64,000 nucleotides of DNA from a bacterium (lineage in GTDB: Bacteria; Patescibacteriota; Dojkabacteria; GCA-016699595). Under the pieces are notes generated by a model. It was not told the origin of the DNA. It ran no database searches and worked only from the letters and a program-made list of their open reading frames with translations. The position numbers and the translations under genes are program-made. The DNA lies in assembly GCA_016699595.1 (NCBI GenBank), contig CP064982.1, positions 572,340 to 636,339 on the forward strand, read 5' to 3'. Shown here piece by piece: positions 8,401 through 17,850 of this stretch; the first letter of the stretch is position 1, and each line of letters opens with the position of its first letter.

Positions 8401-9180
8401 ATGAGTATTATTACATACACAAAGAAAGAATTAGGGTCATATACTTGTAGGCTCGACTTAGATCAAGTTTTTAATAATAGCACTGAAAGAGTTAGGTTTG
8501 AATCTAAATGGTTGGATTTTATGAATTCAGATATTTGGAACTCAGAAGTCTTTTGTAAAGATAAAAATATAATTCAATATTACCATAAATCCTGGATTCC
8601 AGAAAAACCTTCAAGGAAGCCCAAACTACTTTTACTCGCTGGAAATCCAGCACCACACTCTACTTATAAAAGCGTTTGTTTTGCCCAGGAAAATAATAAA
8701 GGGGAACATAGGTTTTGGAAGGTTTTGAGAGAATCAAATATACTCGAAATAAATTCTCGATTAGATGGTATAAAAACTCGTTTTTTTGATGAAGAATATA
8801 CCTCTGATTTTCAAGTCGGGATTGAAGTCTTATTCTCATTGCCTACCCCTGCAAGTCATAAACTTTGGTCGGGTGTTCAAGGGATCAAGAAACTGTTTGG
8901 ACAAAAAGCTTTTGAAAAGATATATATAGAAGAACAAGCAAGGCTTAGATTTGTTATCCAAAACTATTTGAATAATGGTGGAACAATCGTCACTTTTCAG
9001 AGAGATGTATTCGAATCAATCAGTAATATCAAGTATAATTATCAAAATGTACTTAAAGGAGAAACAGTTGTAAAGTTAGGATCTGTCACTATATATGCTG
9101 CACCACCAACGAGACTAATGTATTCTCAGTCAATGAAAGATGTACTACAGAAAGTTAATTCAATAGCTCAACATGGATAA
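8401..9180 (+). CDS. MUG/TDG-like (family 2-like) uracil-DNA glycosylase superfamily protein with an ~80-aa N-terminal extension
   Basis: KPKLLLLAGNPAPHSTYKSVCFAQENNKGEHRFWKVLRESNI parallels E. coli Mug [38 protein letters not shown] (G-x-NP motif, RFWKV). The ATG at 8401 is preferred over the track's TTG at 8389. Confidence 0.55.
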   Translation: MSIITYTKKELGSYTCRLDLDQVFNNSTERVRFESKWLDFMNSDIWNSEVFCKDKNIIQYYHKSWIPEKPSRKPKLLLLAGNPAPHSTYKSVCFAQENNKGEHRFWKVLRESNILEINSRLDGIKTRFFDEEYTSDFQVGIEVLFSLPTPASHKLWSGVQGIKKLFGQKAFEKIYIEEQARLRFVIQNYLNNGGTIVTFQRDVFESISNIKYNYQNVLKGETVVKLGSVTIYAAPPTRLMYSQSMKDVLQKVNSIAQHG

Positions 9181-9895
9181 AAAGGTTCAACTACAAAATT
9201 TGATTCAAGAAATGTCACAAGATTCTGCTTGTGAATCTATGTTTGAAATTAATAATGATAAAAACCTGATAAACCAATTCAAGTACTCCACCTTTATTCC
9301 AAATAAGTGGTTTGACTGGCCGAAGTACTCAGAATCAAAAATTATGATAGTTGGTCAAGATTGGGGACCGTACGCAATTTTGAAAAGAAAATTTATAGAC
9401 ACATTTGAAATAGAATCTAAAGGCAAAGATTTTGACTATGACAAATTCTTGTATCAAACATTCTCTTCAAGAACAGAAAAGTTTATACAAAAATCTATTG
9501 AATATTGGTTTGAGATAGTGCATCATACTCAGATGAATTTTCGAGATTGGGATAATTATTTTTTTACAATTGCAGTGATGTTTTGTAGATCTGGCAATTT
9601 ATTTAGAGGAAGCACTAATTTTGATGCAAAAAGATCTCTTGCAGTATCAAGGTACTATCTTAAAAAACAAATTGAAATAGTACAACCTCAAAAGATAATG
9701 ACCTTAGGAGGTCTATCTTTGAGACAAGTCTTTTCAATTTTAGGAATTGAAGATAAAAGAAAATTAAGTGAAATTGTATTGCATAATGATAAATTTAATT
9801 GTCAAGAAATCGAAATTTTCCCAAACTTTCACCCTGCTTCACATGTTGACAAGAGAATAATTAGAGACAAGTTTCAAAACATCATTCCTTACTAA
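9173..9895 (+). CDS. divergent uracil-DNA glycosylase superfamily protein
   Basis: A hydrophobic strand followed by GQDWGPY (KIMIVGQDWGPY) resembles UDG motif A (GQDPY). The C-terminal FPNFHPASH resembles motif B (HPSPLS). It overlaps the upstream gene by 8 nt, suggesting translational coupling. Confidence 0.45.
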   Translation: MDKKVQLQNLIQEMSQDSACESMFEINNDKNLINQFKYSTFIPNKWFDWPKYSESKIMIVGQDWGPYAILKRKFIDTFEIESKGKDFDYDKFLYQTFSSRTEKFIQKSIEYWFEIVHHTQMNFRDWDNYFFTIAVMFCRSGNLFRGSTNFDAKRSLAVSRYYLKKQIEIVQPQKIMTLGGLSLRQVFSILGIEDKRKLSEIVLHNDKFNCQEIEIFPNFHPASHVDKRIIRDKFQNIIPY

Positions 9896-9924
9896 TTAAT
9901 TATATAAAAACTTAACTAAATTCT

Positions 9925-11148
9925 ATGACATACACAAAAAACTTCATAAAAACAAAAAAAGAAATAAGTTCAGAAATCGAATCAAAAAATGCACAGCTCT
10001 TGATCAAAGGTGGATTCATCAGACCTCAAATGGCTGGAGTATATATTTATCTCCCACTTGGACTTAGAGTTTTGGAAAAAATTACAAATGTTGTTCGCAA
10101 ACATATGGACGAAATAGCTAGTGAAATGCGAATGACAGCACTACAACCAAGAGATATTTGGGAGAAAACAAATCGACTTGATACTGTAGATGTACTTATG
10201 AAAACAATTGGAGCAAATGAAGTTTCAAAACAAAAGTCTACAAACGAATATATACTTGGATGCACACACGAAGATGTATTGACAAATATGCTTACCGAGT
10301 TTGTCCAAGGTGAATCTGAACTTCCAATATATGTTTACCAAATCCAAAATAAATTTCGAAATGAAGCAAGAGCAAAATCTGGACTTATGCGCGGAAGAGA
10401 ATTTCTGATGAAAGATCTATACTCATTTCATACGACTTACGAGGATTTGATGAGATACTATGAGATCGTCAAACAAAAATACATAGATATATTTGAAGAG
10501 CTTGGAATTGGAAACGATACATTTGTAACATTAGCTTCGGGAGGAGATTTTACAGATAACTTTTCTCATGAATTTCAAATGATTCTTGAAAGTGGAGAAG
10601 ATGAGATACTTATTGATAGAACGAATAAAATTGCCTATAATCTTGAAATTCTCGACGAGAACAAGGCAAAAAAAGTTGATCTGGAAAATGCAAACAAACT
10701 TGGAGTTGATTTTTCAAAGCTAGAAAAGGTCAAGGCCTCTGAAGTGGGAAACATATTTCCAAATGAAACTAAGTACTCAAAACTACTTAATCTATCATAT
10801 ACAAATTCAGATGGCGTGAAAAAATACGTTCACATGGGAAGTTATGGCATCGGAGTCTCAAGACTTATGGGTGTGATTGCAGAGAAATTCCATGATCCAA
10901 AAGGACTTACTTGGCCAGAGAATGTAGCCCCTTTCAAGTATCATATATGTACACTCGCAAAATCCGAATCTGAACTTTGTTTCCAGAATGCAAGAAAGTT
11001 TTATGTTGAGCATGAAACAGAGTCTCTTTGGGATGATAGATTTGATACTGCAGCTGGAGAAAAATTTGCAGATGCTGATCTAATTGGATGTCCAGTGCGA
11101 ATTGTCTTCTCTGAAAGAAATCCTGACGGAGAATTTACAAAAAGATAA
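9925..11148 (+). CDS. proS: prolyl-tRNA synthetase, minimal form without the INS editing domain
   Basis: LLIKGGFIRPQMAGVYIYLPLGLRVLEKI start; class II motifs FRNEARAKSGLMRGREFLMKD and YVHMGSYGIGVSRLMGVIAE; C-terminal KFADADLIGCPVRIVF. Only 407 aa. Confidence 0.85.
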   Translation: MTYTKNFIKTKKEISSEIESKNAQLLIKGGFIRPQMAGVYIYLPLGLRVLEKITNVVRKHMDEIASEMRMTALQPRDIWEKTNRLDTVDVLMKTIGANEVSKQKSTNEYILGCTHEDVLTNMLTEFVQGESELPIYVYQIQNKFRNEARAKSGLMRGREFLMKDLYSFHTTYEDLMRYYEIVKQKYIDIFEELGIGNDTFVTLASGGDFTDNFSHEFQMILESGEDEILIDRTNKIAYNLEILDENKAKKVDLENANKLGVDFSKLEKVKASEVGNIFPNETKYSKLLNLSYTNSDGVKKYVHMGSYGIGVSRLMGVIAEKFHDPKGLTWPENVAPFKYHICTLAKSESELCFQNARKFYVEHETESLWDDRFDTAAGEKFADADLIGCPVRIVFSERNPDGEFTKR

Positions 11149-11177
11149 TTTGCAATTATTAACCAGCCAATTTCGTT

Positions 11178-11618
11178 TTACTGAGTAGCTGTTTGTTCTT
11201 GTGGCAAATAAAATACATTTATGATTTTATTTTCAGATTCCCTGAAAATATATGCCTGTGTCTGGAAAGATATTACGGCGTCACCGTTTTTTATATCTTT
11301 GAGCACATCCTTCAAGTTTGTATTCTCTTCCCTAAATTTATCTACATCCTCAATGAAAAATACTGTGGGTTGTGAAGAATCGGTTACATTTATTACTTTC
11401 TTCAATGAAGCAACAACTCGATCGAATTTTCTAATTTCATATAGTTCTCCTTGCAAAGCGTTACCCCATGCAGTAGCATCATCCCACTTTTTGTACAGAA
11501 GTACATTTATTGATATTGAGCCGAGAAGCATTACTAATAATAAAAGTAGTGAGAATTTTCGAAAGTTTTTGCCTTGTACTTTTTCTTTTATTTTCATAAC
11601 TAAATTATAGTATATCAA
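11178..11618 (-). CDS. hypothetical membrane-anchored protein downstream of the giant surface-protein gene
   Basis: N-terminal hydrophobic segment FSLLLLLVMLLGSISINVLLY. The likely start is the internal MKIKEK near 11594. It is co-oriented with the upstream 1644-aa gene. Confidence 0.45.
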   Translation of the reverse strand: MIYYNLVMKIKEKVQGKNFRKFSLLLLLVMLLGSISINVLLYKKWDDATAWGNALQGELYEIRKFDRVVASLKKVINVTDSSQPTVFFIEDVDKFREENTNLKDVLKDIKNGDAVISFQTQAYIFRESENKIINVFYLPQEQTATQ

Positions 11619-11639
11619 GGCAAAATATGCAAAAATATT

Positions 11640-14600
11640 TTATTTCACATCTGCTATTGTTTGGAAAGATTTCTCAAGTTGAACCAATCTTTCTTCAAGA
11701 TCATGGATTTTTTGATCTTGTTTCTCAATTTTCTCTTCTGTATTGAGAACTTTGGATACAAGCACTTTGAAACTTGATTGCCCGTTAGCTAAAGTATCAA
11801 TTTGAACTTGTTGTTCTTGGACTGCATTTATCAAAGCATATATAATCGCATTTGAATCATACCTGTAGTAACCATCTTCTCCAAGACTAATCGTCCATTG
11901 GCCTAGTGCTGTTTGATTGATGTCTTGAGCTATAAGTCCAACATAACTTTTGTCATTATCTGGTGCATATATACTTTTGCCATTATATTTAAATGTCTTT
12001 GGATCAATTTTCATAATAGCATCTAGACCTATATCAAAATCTTTGATATCCTTTTTCAACCTTTCGTCAGACAAAACAGTCCAAGCACCTCCTCCAATTT
12101 TTTCTGCTGTTCCTGCACTTCCTACAAATCTTGCTACTTGAGTTCCATCTACAAAGAAGTTTAGCTCAGCATCAGCTAATGATGTGATTCCAGAGTCTGT
12201 ATCGCCTATACCATTGGCACCAAATACAATTCCAGATGTTTGTGAAGAACCTGAAACTATAGAACCTCCAGCTAATTGCAATGCTCCTTCTATCTTTGCA
12301 GATCCTGATACATGCAGCTTTTGTGTAGGTGAGGTAGTGCCTATACCAACATTGCCCATAATGTAAGAACTATTTGTGCCATTCACATGTAGTATGCCCT
12401 TTATATAGGAATCTCCAGCAGTACCATCTACTTCAAATTTGAGTACACCATCGTTTCCATAAAAAGCCCAACCTTGTGTTGCAGGAGAGACCCATACATC
12501 CGTATATCGACTAATGCCATCGAAATGTGTCATTATTGGCATAGAAGTTACATAATGATTTGCATCAACAATATATAATTTGGAATTTAGCGATAGCCTA
12601 ACATCTCCCATGACATCCAATTTGTAACTAGGTGTTGTCCCAATTCCGACTCTACTATTGACATCATCATAGTAAAGACTAGAGTTAGACTTCCATACAC
12701 TTGTATTTGCGTCATAATATAGTGTTTGTCCTTCAGTTGCTGTAGGTAGTGTTGGTATCGTTGTCCATGCTGTTCCAGTACCTGTTGTTTTAAGGTATTG
12801 TCCATTTGTACCTGCTACATTACTTGAATCATACAACGCTCCTTCTACCCTTGCAGATCCTGATACATGCAGCTTTTGTGTAGGTGAAGGAGTCCCTATA
12901 CCGACAGAACCGGTGCTTATATTTGTATTGACACCATTTATACCTGTCCCAAAAATCAAGTTACCTATACTAAGCTGATTTGATCCATCCAATATTGGGG
13001 CATCTATATTATATCCAATTAATATATTCCTAGAACCAGTAGTTTCTAACCTACCTGTAAAGTATCCAAGAAATACATTGTCGGCACCGCTTGTCAAAGT
13101 TTTTCCATTCATATAACCTATTAATGTATTGTTTCCACCTGTAGTCAAAGATAACCCTGATTGATATCCGACTAAAGTAGTATTACTGAAAGTTGATAAA
13201 CTATCTGTACCCCTGCCTGACTGAAGTCCAATTGCCACATTTACTTGACCAGTAGTAAATCTCAAAGCTTCACCACCTATTGCCGTATTATTTCCACCTG
13301 TAGTTTTAAGTAATGTATAATGACCTATAGCCACATTATTGTTTGTAGCACTGGAGTTATTGTACATTGCACCATTGCCGATTGCTATAGTATCAGTTAT
13401 AGTGGTAGACGATCCGAACAATACATTTGCACCGATTGCCACATTTCCAGTACCAGTTTTAACTGAGCTCAAGGCATTATAGCCTATTGCAGTGTTGATA
13501 TAACCAGTAGTGATCGATGTACCAGTATTATTTCCCATCAAAACGTTGAACTTGCCAAAACTACCTCCTGTCAGCGTCGTGCTATCCCCTGCATTATTCC
13601 CTGCAAAGAGATTCGATGCGTCATTAGATGTAATCTCAAGAAGTGCAATGCCTGCGCTATCTTGAAATTGCATCAAAGCCTTGTCTACGGTTTGAGTGGC
13701 ACTTGCTTTTATAATTACTTGCTCAATATTTTCATTTCCTGCTACGAGTAACTTAGCCCCTGGTGTCGGTGTCCCAATTCCGACTCTACTATTTACATCA
13801 TCATAGTAAAGACCAGAGTTAGACTTCCATACACTTGTATTTGCATCAAAATATAGTGTTTGTCCTTCATTTGCTGTAGGTAACAAAGATACTCCTGGAG
13901 CTAATACAGTCCAAGCTGTACCATTTCCAGTACTACTTAAGAACTGTCCATTTGTACCTGCTACATTACTTGAATCATACAATGCTCCTTCGATCCTTAC
14001 AGATCCTGATACATGCAGCTTCTGTGTAGGTGACGGAGTCCCTATACCAACAAAACCGGTGCCCGAGAAGGTTAAGCTATTGGTATTCAGATTTATATCT
14101 GTATTCTTCGTAAGATTCCCTCCTAGTTGGAAGTTAGATAGCGTAGATTGCGTTAAACCATTGTCAGAAGTGTACTTTGTATCTATATCAGCAACACACT
14201 CAAAACTAGATCCATTCCAAGAAAGTTTTTGATCTGATAAACAAACAGGTGAATCTACAGAAATAGTTCCAGTAGATGATATAGGTCCACCAGTAAGCCC
14301 AACTCCTGTAGAGAGACTTGTCAATGTGCCATTAGTTGTATTACTACATATCCAAGAGCTCGTCGTTAAGTCATATCTAAGAATCTGAGTATCACTGCAA
14401 GAATTTAGTGAGTATCTTACAGTATTTACTGCTATTACTTCAGCTTTTAGTGGACCTACTGCCGAGAAAGTAACCATTGAGCCTGGATTTATATTTTGTG
14501 AATTTGAGCCGTCAGTTACGACAAAATAACTATCCTCACAATCAAAACTTACTCCGCTCCATGTAAGCCTTTGGTTTGTTGCGCATGTATGTGCATCAAT

Positions 14601-16574
14601 TTGAAATGTAGTTCCAATCAAACTTACTCCATTTCCTGCATTATATGTAGTATCATTATCTGGTAATGTAATAGTATAAGTTGAACTATCTGACATAGTC
14701 AAATTCAAAGTTCTTAAAGTTCCACCAGATGTAACTGCACTTGTTGAAATCGTTGCAGAAGACAAAAACTTATCTGCCGGTAGCATTATAGAATTTACTA
14801 TGGAGTGACCATTTGTTCCAGTTATGGCTAATGTTCTAGTTTGAGAGTCATAGCTCAAATTTTGTGAATCTGCATCAATTATACTTTTCGATAAACTAGG
14901 AGTGCCATTCTGTCCCGTTAAATTGATTGTATGAGTGATTGCCCCAGTACCAGAATCTTGAATAGTCAAATCATCACTATATTTATCAAAATCATTAAAT
15001 GAAGTGCATGCCCATGAACTTGAATTGTATATTAAAAATTCTCCATTTGAACATGGGTTCAATGTAACTATAGGATTTTGCCCATTACTTACACCTATCA
15101 CACCTGAACCTGTAACTGACAATGTACCTGCATTCGAAATCTCATTTGATGAATCTATCCCAATACCATTACCTGCACTATAAATATACTTTGATTCAGG
15201 AATGCATACCCAATTTGAACCGTTGTACACGAGAAGTTCACTTGTGCTACAAGCTTTGAGACTAAAAACATTCGAGTTTAATGTTATACCATCACCAGAA
15301 GCATAGGTTGTATCGGCATCAAGATCTAGGGAACAAATCCAATCACTTCCATCATACTTCAATATCTCTCCACTTGAGCAAGGCTTAATAGAAAATACAT
15401 TTGAAGATAAAATTAAACCTGAACCAGAAGTGTAAATATCATTATCATCAGGAATATTTAGAGCAATATCAGGCAATCCTCCTGAACGAGTTAATGTCAA
15501 AATCCTATAACCTGATTGCAATTCAGACAAAGTAGCTCCTGTCAAATATAACTCTGCAGGCAATGCCGGCAGTATTATCGAACCACCATTTGTCAATGAG
15601 ACAATGTTTCCATCAATTGTTAATTCCTGTGAATCTGTAGGAATAATAACTGAATTTCCACTCGATAATGTCAAAGTGCCATTATTATAGTTTAGGCTTT
15701 GCAAAACTTGATTTGGCAAAACTATAGAATTGCCATTTGATATAGTTATTGTATTGCCAATAATTTTCAAATCTTGACTATCTTTGCTAAATTTCAAAAT
15801 CATATTTGCAAGGTCGAGTTGATTCCCTCTTTCAATGCTTAAATTTGAACCTTCTAAGCTGATCTTTTGATTGTCACTAGCAAAAGCGGCTTCTACCTCT
15901 GCGCCTTGCAGATAACTTCTAATAACGCTTTCTAGAAACTCCGTTCTTTGTTGAATCAAGTCGCTTTTCTCGTCATTACTCAAGAATTTACCTACAGACA
16001 AATCTTGAATCAAATTGAGATTTGATTTTGTACCGATAAATTCACTGTACACTATATCTTTGCATCCAAGCGATGTTGGGTAAAATGAAATATCATTTTG
16101 AGTACCAAAAAATCCTTTCAAATTTGCAATAAATCCTTGTTGAATAAGCCTACGACTGCAAGCAACATTGTCAAATGTGCCTTTTGCATCATCGTGTCCT
16201 TGACATGATGAAACTTCGTTTCCATCTTCAGACATGGTTGAATAGCAGAGCTGCAAGTATGACTTTTTTGGCAAAGCAAAGATACCCGGATTAATGTTTA
16301 TATCAAATTTACCATTCCTGATTTCAACATTATCAAAATCCCAACTTTCTATTAGTCTTGCATCGGAAGAATTTTTATCAAATACTAAGATTCTGAAATT
16401 GGTTGCTTTTGTTTTATCGTTTCCAAAGTCACCATTAATCGTTACTTTGAGTGGTTTTGCAAAAGTTAATAAAAAAAAGATTGCTACTAGTAGAGCAAGA
16501 AGCAATAATTTAACAGAAAGGCGACTTCTCGCATTTGCAATATTCAATTTTTTTGAATTAATATAGTTTGCCAA
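11640..16574 (-). CDS. giant (1644 aa) tail-fibre-like surface protein with a C-terminal S74-type intramolecular-chaperone domain
   Basis: N-terminal signal/TM segment LSVKLLLLALLVAIFFLLTFA. Three VGIGTPSPTQKLHVSGS-(R/K)-EGAL modules. Seven or more CxxxxLxYxGSxWxC repeats. Gly/Asn/Thr-rich beta-helix-like tracts. C-terminal SDERLKKDIKDFDIGLDAIMKIDPKTFKYNG...VGLIAQDINQ...GYYRYDSNAIIYALINAV matches the peptidase S74 / endosialidase chaperone domain, and is followed by a coiled-coil tail. Confidence 0.8.
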   Translation of the reverse strand: MANYINSKKLNIANARSRLSVKLLLLALLVAIFFLLTFAKPLKVTINGDFGNDKTKATNFRILVFDKNSSDARLIESWDFDNVEIRNGKFDININPGIFALPKKSYLQLCYSTMSEDGNEVSSCQGHDDAKGTFDNVACSRRLIQQGFIANLKGFFGTQNDISFYPTSLGCKDIVYSEFIGTKSNLNLIQDLSVGKFLSNDEKSDLIQQRTEFLESVIRSYLQGAEVEAAFASDNQKISLEGSNLSIERGNQLDLANMILKFSKDSQDLKIIGNTITISNGNSIVLPNQVLQSLNYNNGTLTLSSGNSVIIPTDSQELTIDGNIVSLTNGGSIILPALPAELYLTGATLSELQSGYRILTLTRSGGLPDIALNIPDDNDIYTSGSGLILSSNVFSIKPCSSGEILKYDGSDWICSLDLDADTTYASGDGITLNSNVFSLKACSTSELLVYNGSNWVCIPESKYIYSAGNGIGIDSSNEISNAGTLSVTGSGVIGVSNGQNPIVTLNPCSNGEFLIYNSSSWACTSFNDFDKYSDDLTIQDSGTGAITHTINLTGQNGTPSLSKSIIDADSQNLSYDSQTRTLAITGTNGHSIVNSIMLPADKFLSSATISTSAVTSGGTLRTLNLTMSDSSTYTITLPDNDTTYNAGNGVSLIGTTFQIDAHTCATNQRLTWSGVSFDCEDSYFVVTDGSNSQNINPGSMVTFSAVGPLKAEVIAVNTVRYSLNSCSDTQILRYDLTTSSWICSNTTNGTLTSLSTGVGLTGGPISSTGTISVDSPVCLSDQKLSWNGSSFECVADIDTKYTSDNGLTQSTLSNFQLGGNLTKNTDINLNTNSLTFSGTGFVGIGTPSPTQKLHVSGSVRIEGALYDSSNVAGTNGQFLSSTGNGTAWTVLAPGVSLLPTANEGQTLYFDANTSVWKSNSGLYYDDVNSRVGIGTPTPGAKLLVAGNENIEQVIIKASATQTVDKALMQFQDSAGIALLEITSNDASNLFAGNNAGDSTTLTGGSFGKFNVLMGNNTGTSITTGYINTAIGYNALSSVKTGTGNVAIGANVLFGSSTTITDTIAIGNGAMYNNSSATNNNVAIGHYTLLKTTGGNNTAIGGEALRFTTGQVNVAIGLQSGRGTDSLSTFSNTTLVGYQSGLSLTTGGNNTLIGYMNGKTLTSGADNVFLGYFTGRLETTGSRNILIGYNIDAPILDGSNQLSIGNLIFGTGINGVNTNISTGSVGIGTPSPTQKLHVSGSARVEGALYDSSNVAGTNGQYLKTTGTGTAWTTIPTLPTATEGQTLYYDANTSVWKSNSSLYYDDVNSRVGIGTTPSYKLDVMGDVRLSLNSKLYIVDANHYVTSMPIMTHFDGISRYTDVWVSPATQGWAFYGNDGVLKFEVDGTAGDSYIKGILHVNGTNSSYIMGNVGIGTTSPTQKLHVSGSAKIEGALQLAGGSIVSGSSQTSGIVFGANGIGDTDSGITSLADAELNFFVDGTQVARFVGSAGTAEKIGGGAWTVLSDERLKKDIKDFDIGLDAIMKIDPKTFKYNGKSIYAPDNDKSYVGLIAQDINQTALGQWTISLGEDGYYRYDSNAIIYALINAVQEQQVQIDTLANGQSSFKVLVSKVLNTEEKIEKQDQKIHDLEERLVQLEKSFQTIADVK

Positions 16575-16668
16575 ACAATTTATGACATTAAATACAAAAT
16601 GATATATATCGATATATCATTTCTGAAAACATAATTCAACTTGATTCATACATCTGTTAAAATTCTTT

Positions 16669-17352
16669 ATGCAAGTTCAAATTGATTCATCCTGGAGAGA
16701 AATACTTCAAAATGAATTTGAAAAAACATATTTCAAAAAATTAGTTGAAAAGGTAAAGAACGAATATAGTCATTTTGAAATATTTCCAGAACCAAGAAGG
16801 ATATTTCGCGCATTCAACCTAGTTCCATTTGACAGAGTAAAAGTTGTAATTTTAGGGCAAGATCCTTATCATACTCCAGGAGTTGCAGATGGTTTGGCAT
16901 TTTCTAGTAAGTTCGGAAACAAAGTTCCGCCAAGCTTGACTAATATCTATAAAGAAATCCGTAATGAATTTAACTTTGAAAATTACAAGAATAAAAACAA
17001 TCCTGATCTAACCAGGTGGGCTACTCAAGGAGTCTTTTTGTTGAATAACAGTTTAACTGTAAAGTCTGGCATTGCAAACTCGCACTCTCAAATCGGTTGG
17101 AATATTTTTACTGATGCAGTTATAAGAGCCCTTGCAAGTAATAGAAACAACCTAGTTTTCATGCTTTGGGGAAACTTTGCCAAAAGTAAAAAAGAAATTA
17201 TACTTACAAACTCTGGAAGTAATCCTCATTTAATTTTGGAATCTGCTCATCCTTCCCCTTTTTCAGCAAACAATGGATTTTTTGGTAATAATCATTTCAA
17301 AAAGTGTAATGAATTTTTGAAACTTCATCATGAAACTGAAATTCAATGGTAA
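16669..17352 (+). CDS. ung: uracil-DNA glycosylase, family 1
   Basis: VKVVILGQDPYHTPGVADGLAFS (water-activating loop), LLNNSLTV, LVFMLWGNFA and HPSPFSANNGFFG are all canonical UNG motifs. Confidence 0.9.
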   Translation: MQVQIDSSWREILQNEFEKTYFKKLVEKVKNEYSHFEIFPEPRRIFRAFNLVPFDRVKVVILGQDPYHTPGVADGLAFSSKFGNKVPPSLTNIYKEIRNEFNFENYKNKNNPDLTRWATQGVFLLNNSLTVKSGIANSHSQIGWNIFTDAVIRALASNRNNLVFMLWGNFAKSKKEIILTNSGSNPHLILESAHPSPFSANNGFFGNNHFKKCNEFLKLHHETEIQW

Positions 17353-17353
17353 A

Positions 17354-17818
17354 ATGAGACCCATGCTTCCAAAGTCAAACCGGATCAAAACTGAAAAAGA
17401 ATTTAAGCAAGTATTTCGAAATTCAAAAAAGATTGAAACAGAGCATTTCAAAATATTTATACAAATTGTAGAAGCTTATCATGATAAGCCTAGAATTAAT
17501 ATCCAAAAAATTAAGTCAATGTATGATGAATCTGGAAAATTTGTTGGAAATGTAAGTGAGTCTCAATCGAATAATGAACCAAGTAAAAATTTAGTTAAAC
17601 CAAATCAAATTGGAAAACTTGGAGTAATAATTTCTGCAAAATTTGGCAAAGCTCATGATAGAAATAAATGTAAAAGAAGAATTAGGAATTTGTTGAATCA
17701 CTATGTGAAAGAAAATGCTGTGAATATAGTAGTTCAGGTGAAAAGTAACATAAAAGATTTTGAATTTGAGAAATTGAAAGCGGAATTAGATATTATTCTC
17801 AAGCAGCCTACCAATTAA
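17354..17818 (+). CDS. rnpA: ribonuclease P protein component
   Basis: MLPKSNRIKTEKEFKQVFRNSKK and GVIISAKFGKAHDRNKCKRRIRNLL match the RnpA RNR/K-rich signature. The ATG at 17354 is preferred (track lists 17330). There is an ~50-aa insertion relative to typical RnpA. Confidence 0.7.
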   Translation: MRPMLPKSNRIKTEKEFKQVFRNSKKIETEHFKIFIQIVEAYHDKPRINIQKIKSMYDESGKFVGNVSESQSNNEPSKNLVKPNQIGKLGVIISAKFGKAHDRNKCKRRIRNLLNHYVKENAVNIVVQVKSNIKDFEFEKLKAELDIILKQPTN

Positions 17819-17832
17819 TTGGGTGGGCTGCT
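17802..17832. terminator. hairpin between the convergent rnpA and secA ends (possible bidirectional terminator)
   Basis: agcagcctacc pairs with ggtgggctgct (11-bp stem, one G·U, 9-nt loop). It overlaps the last rnpA codons. There is no strong U-tract. Confidence 0.25.
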
Positions 17833-17850
17833 AAATATTACTAATTAACC

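Noticed and set aside
11178-16574. Prophage origin of the S74/tail-fibre-like protein
   Set aside because: No capsid, terminase, integrase or other phage genes flank it. The neighbours are proS, ung, rnpA and secA.
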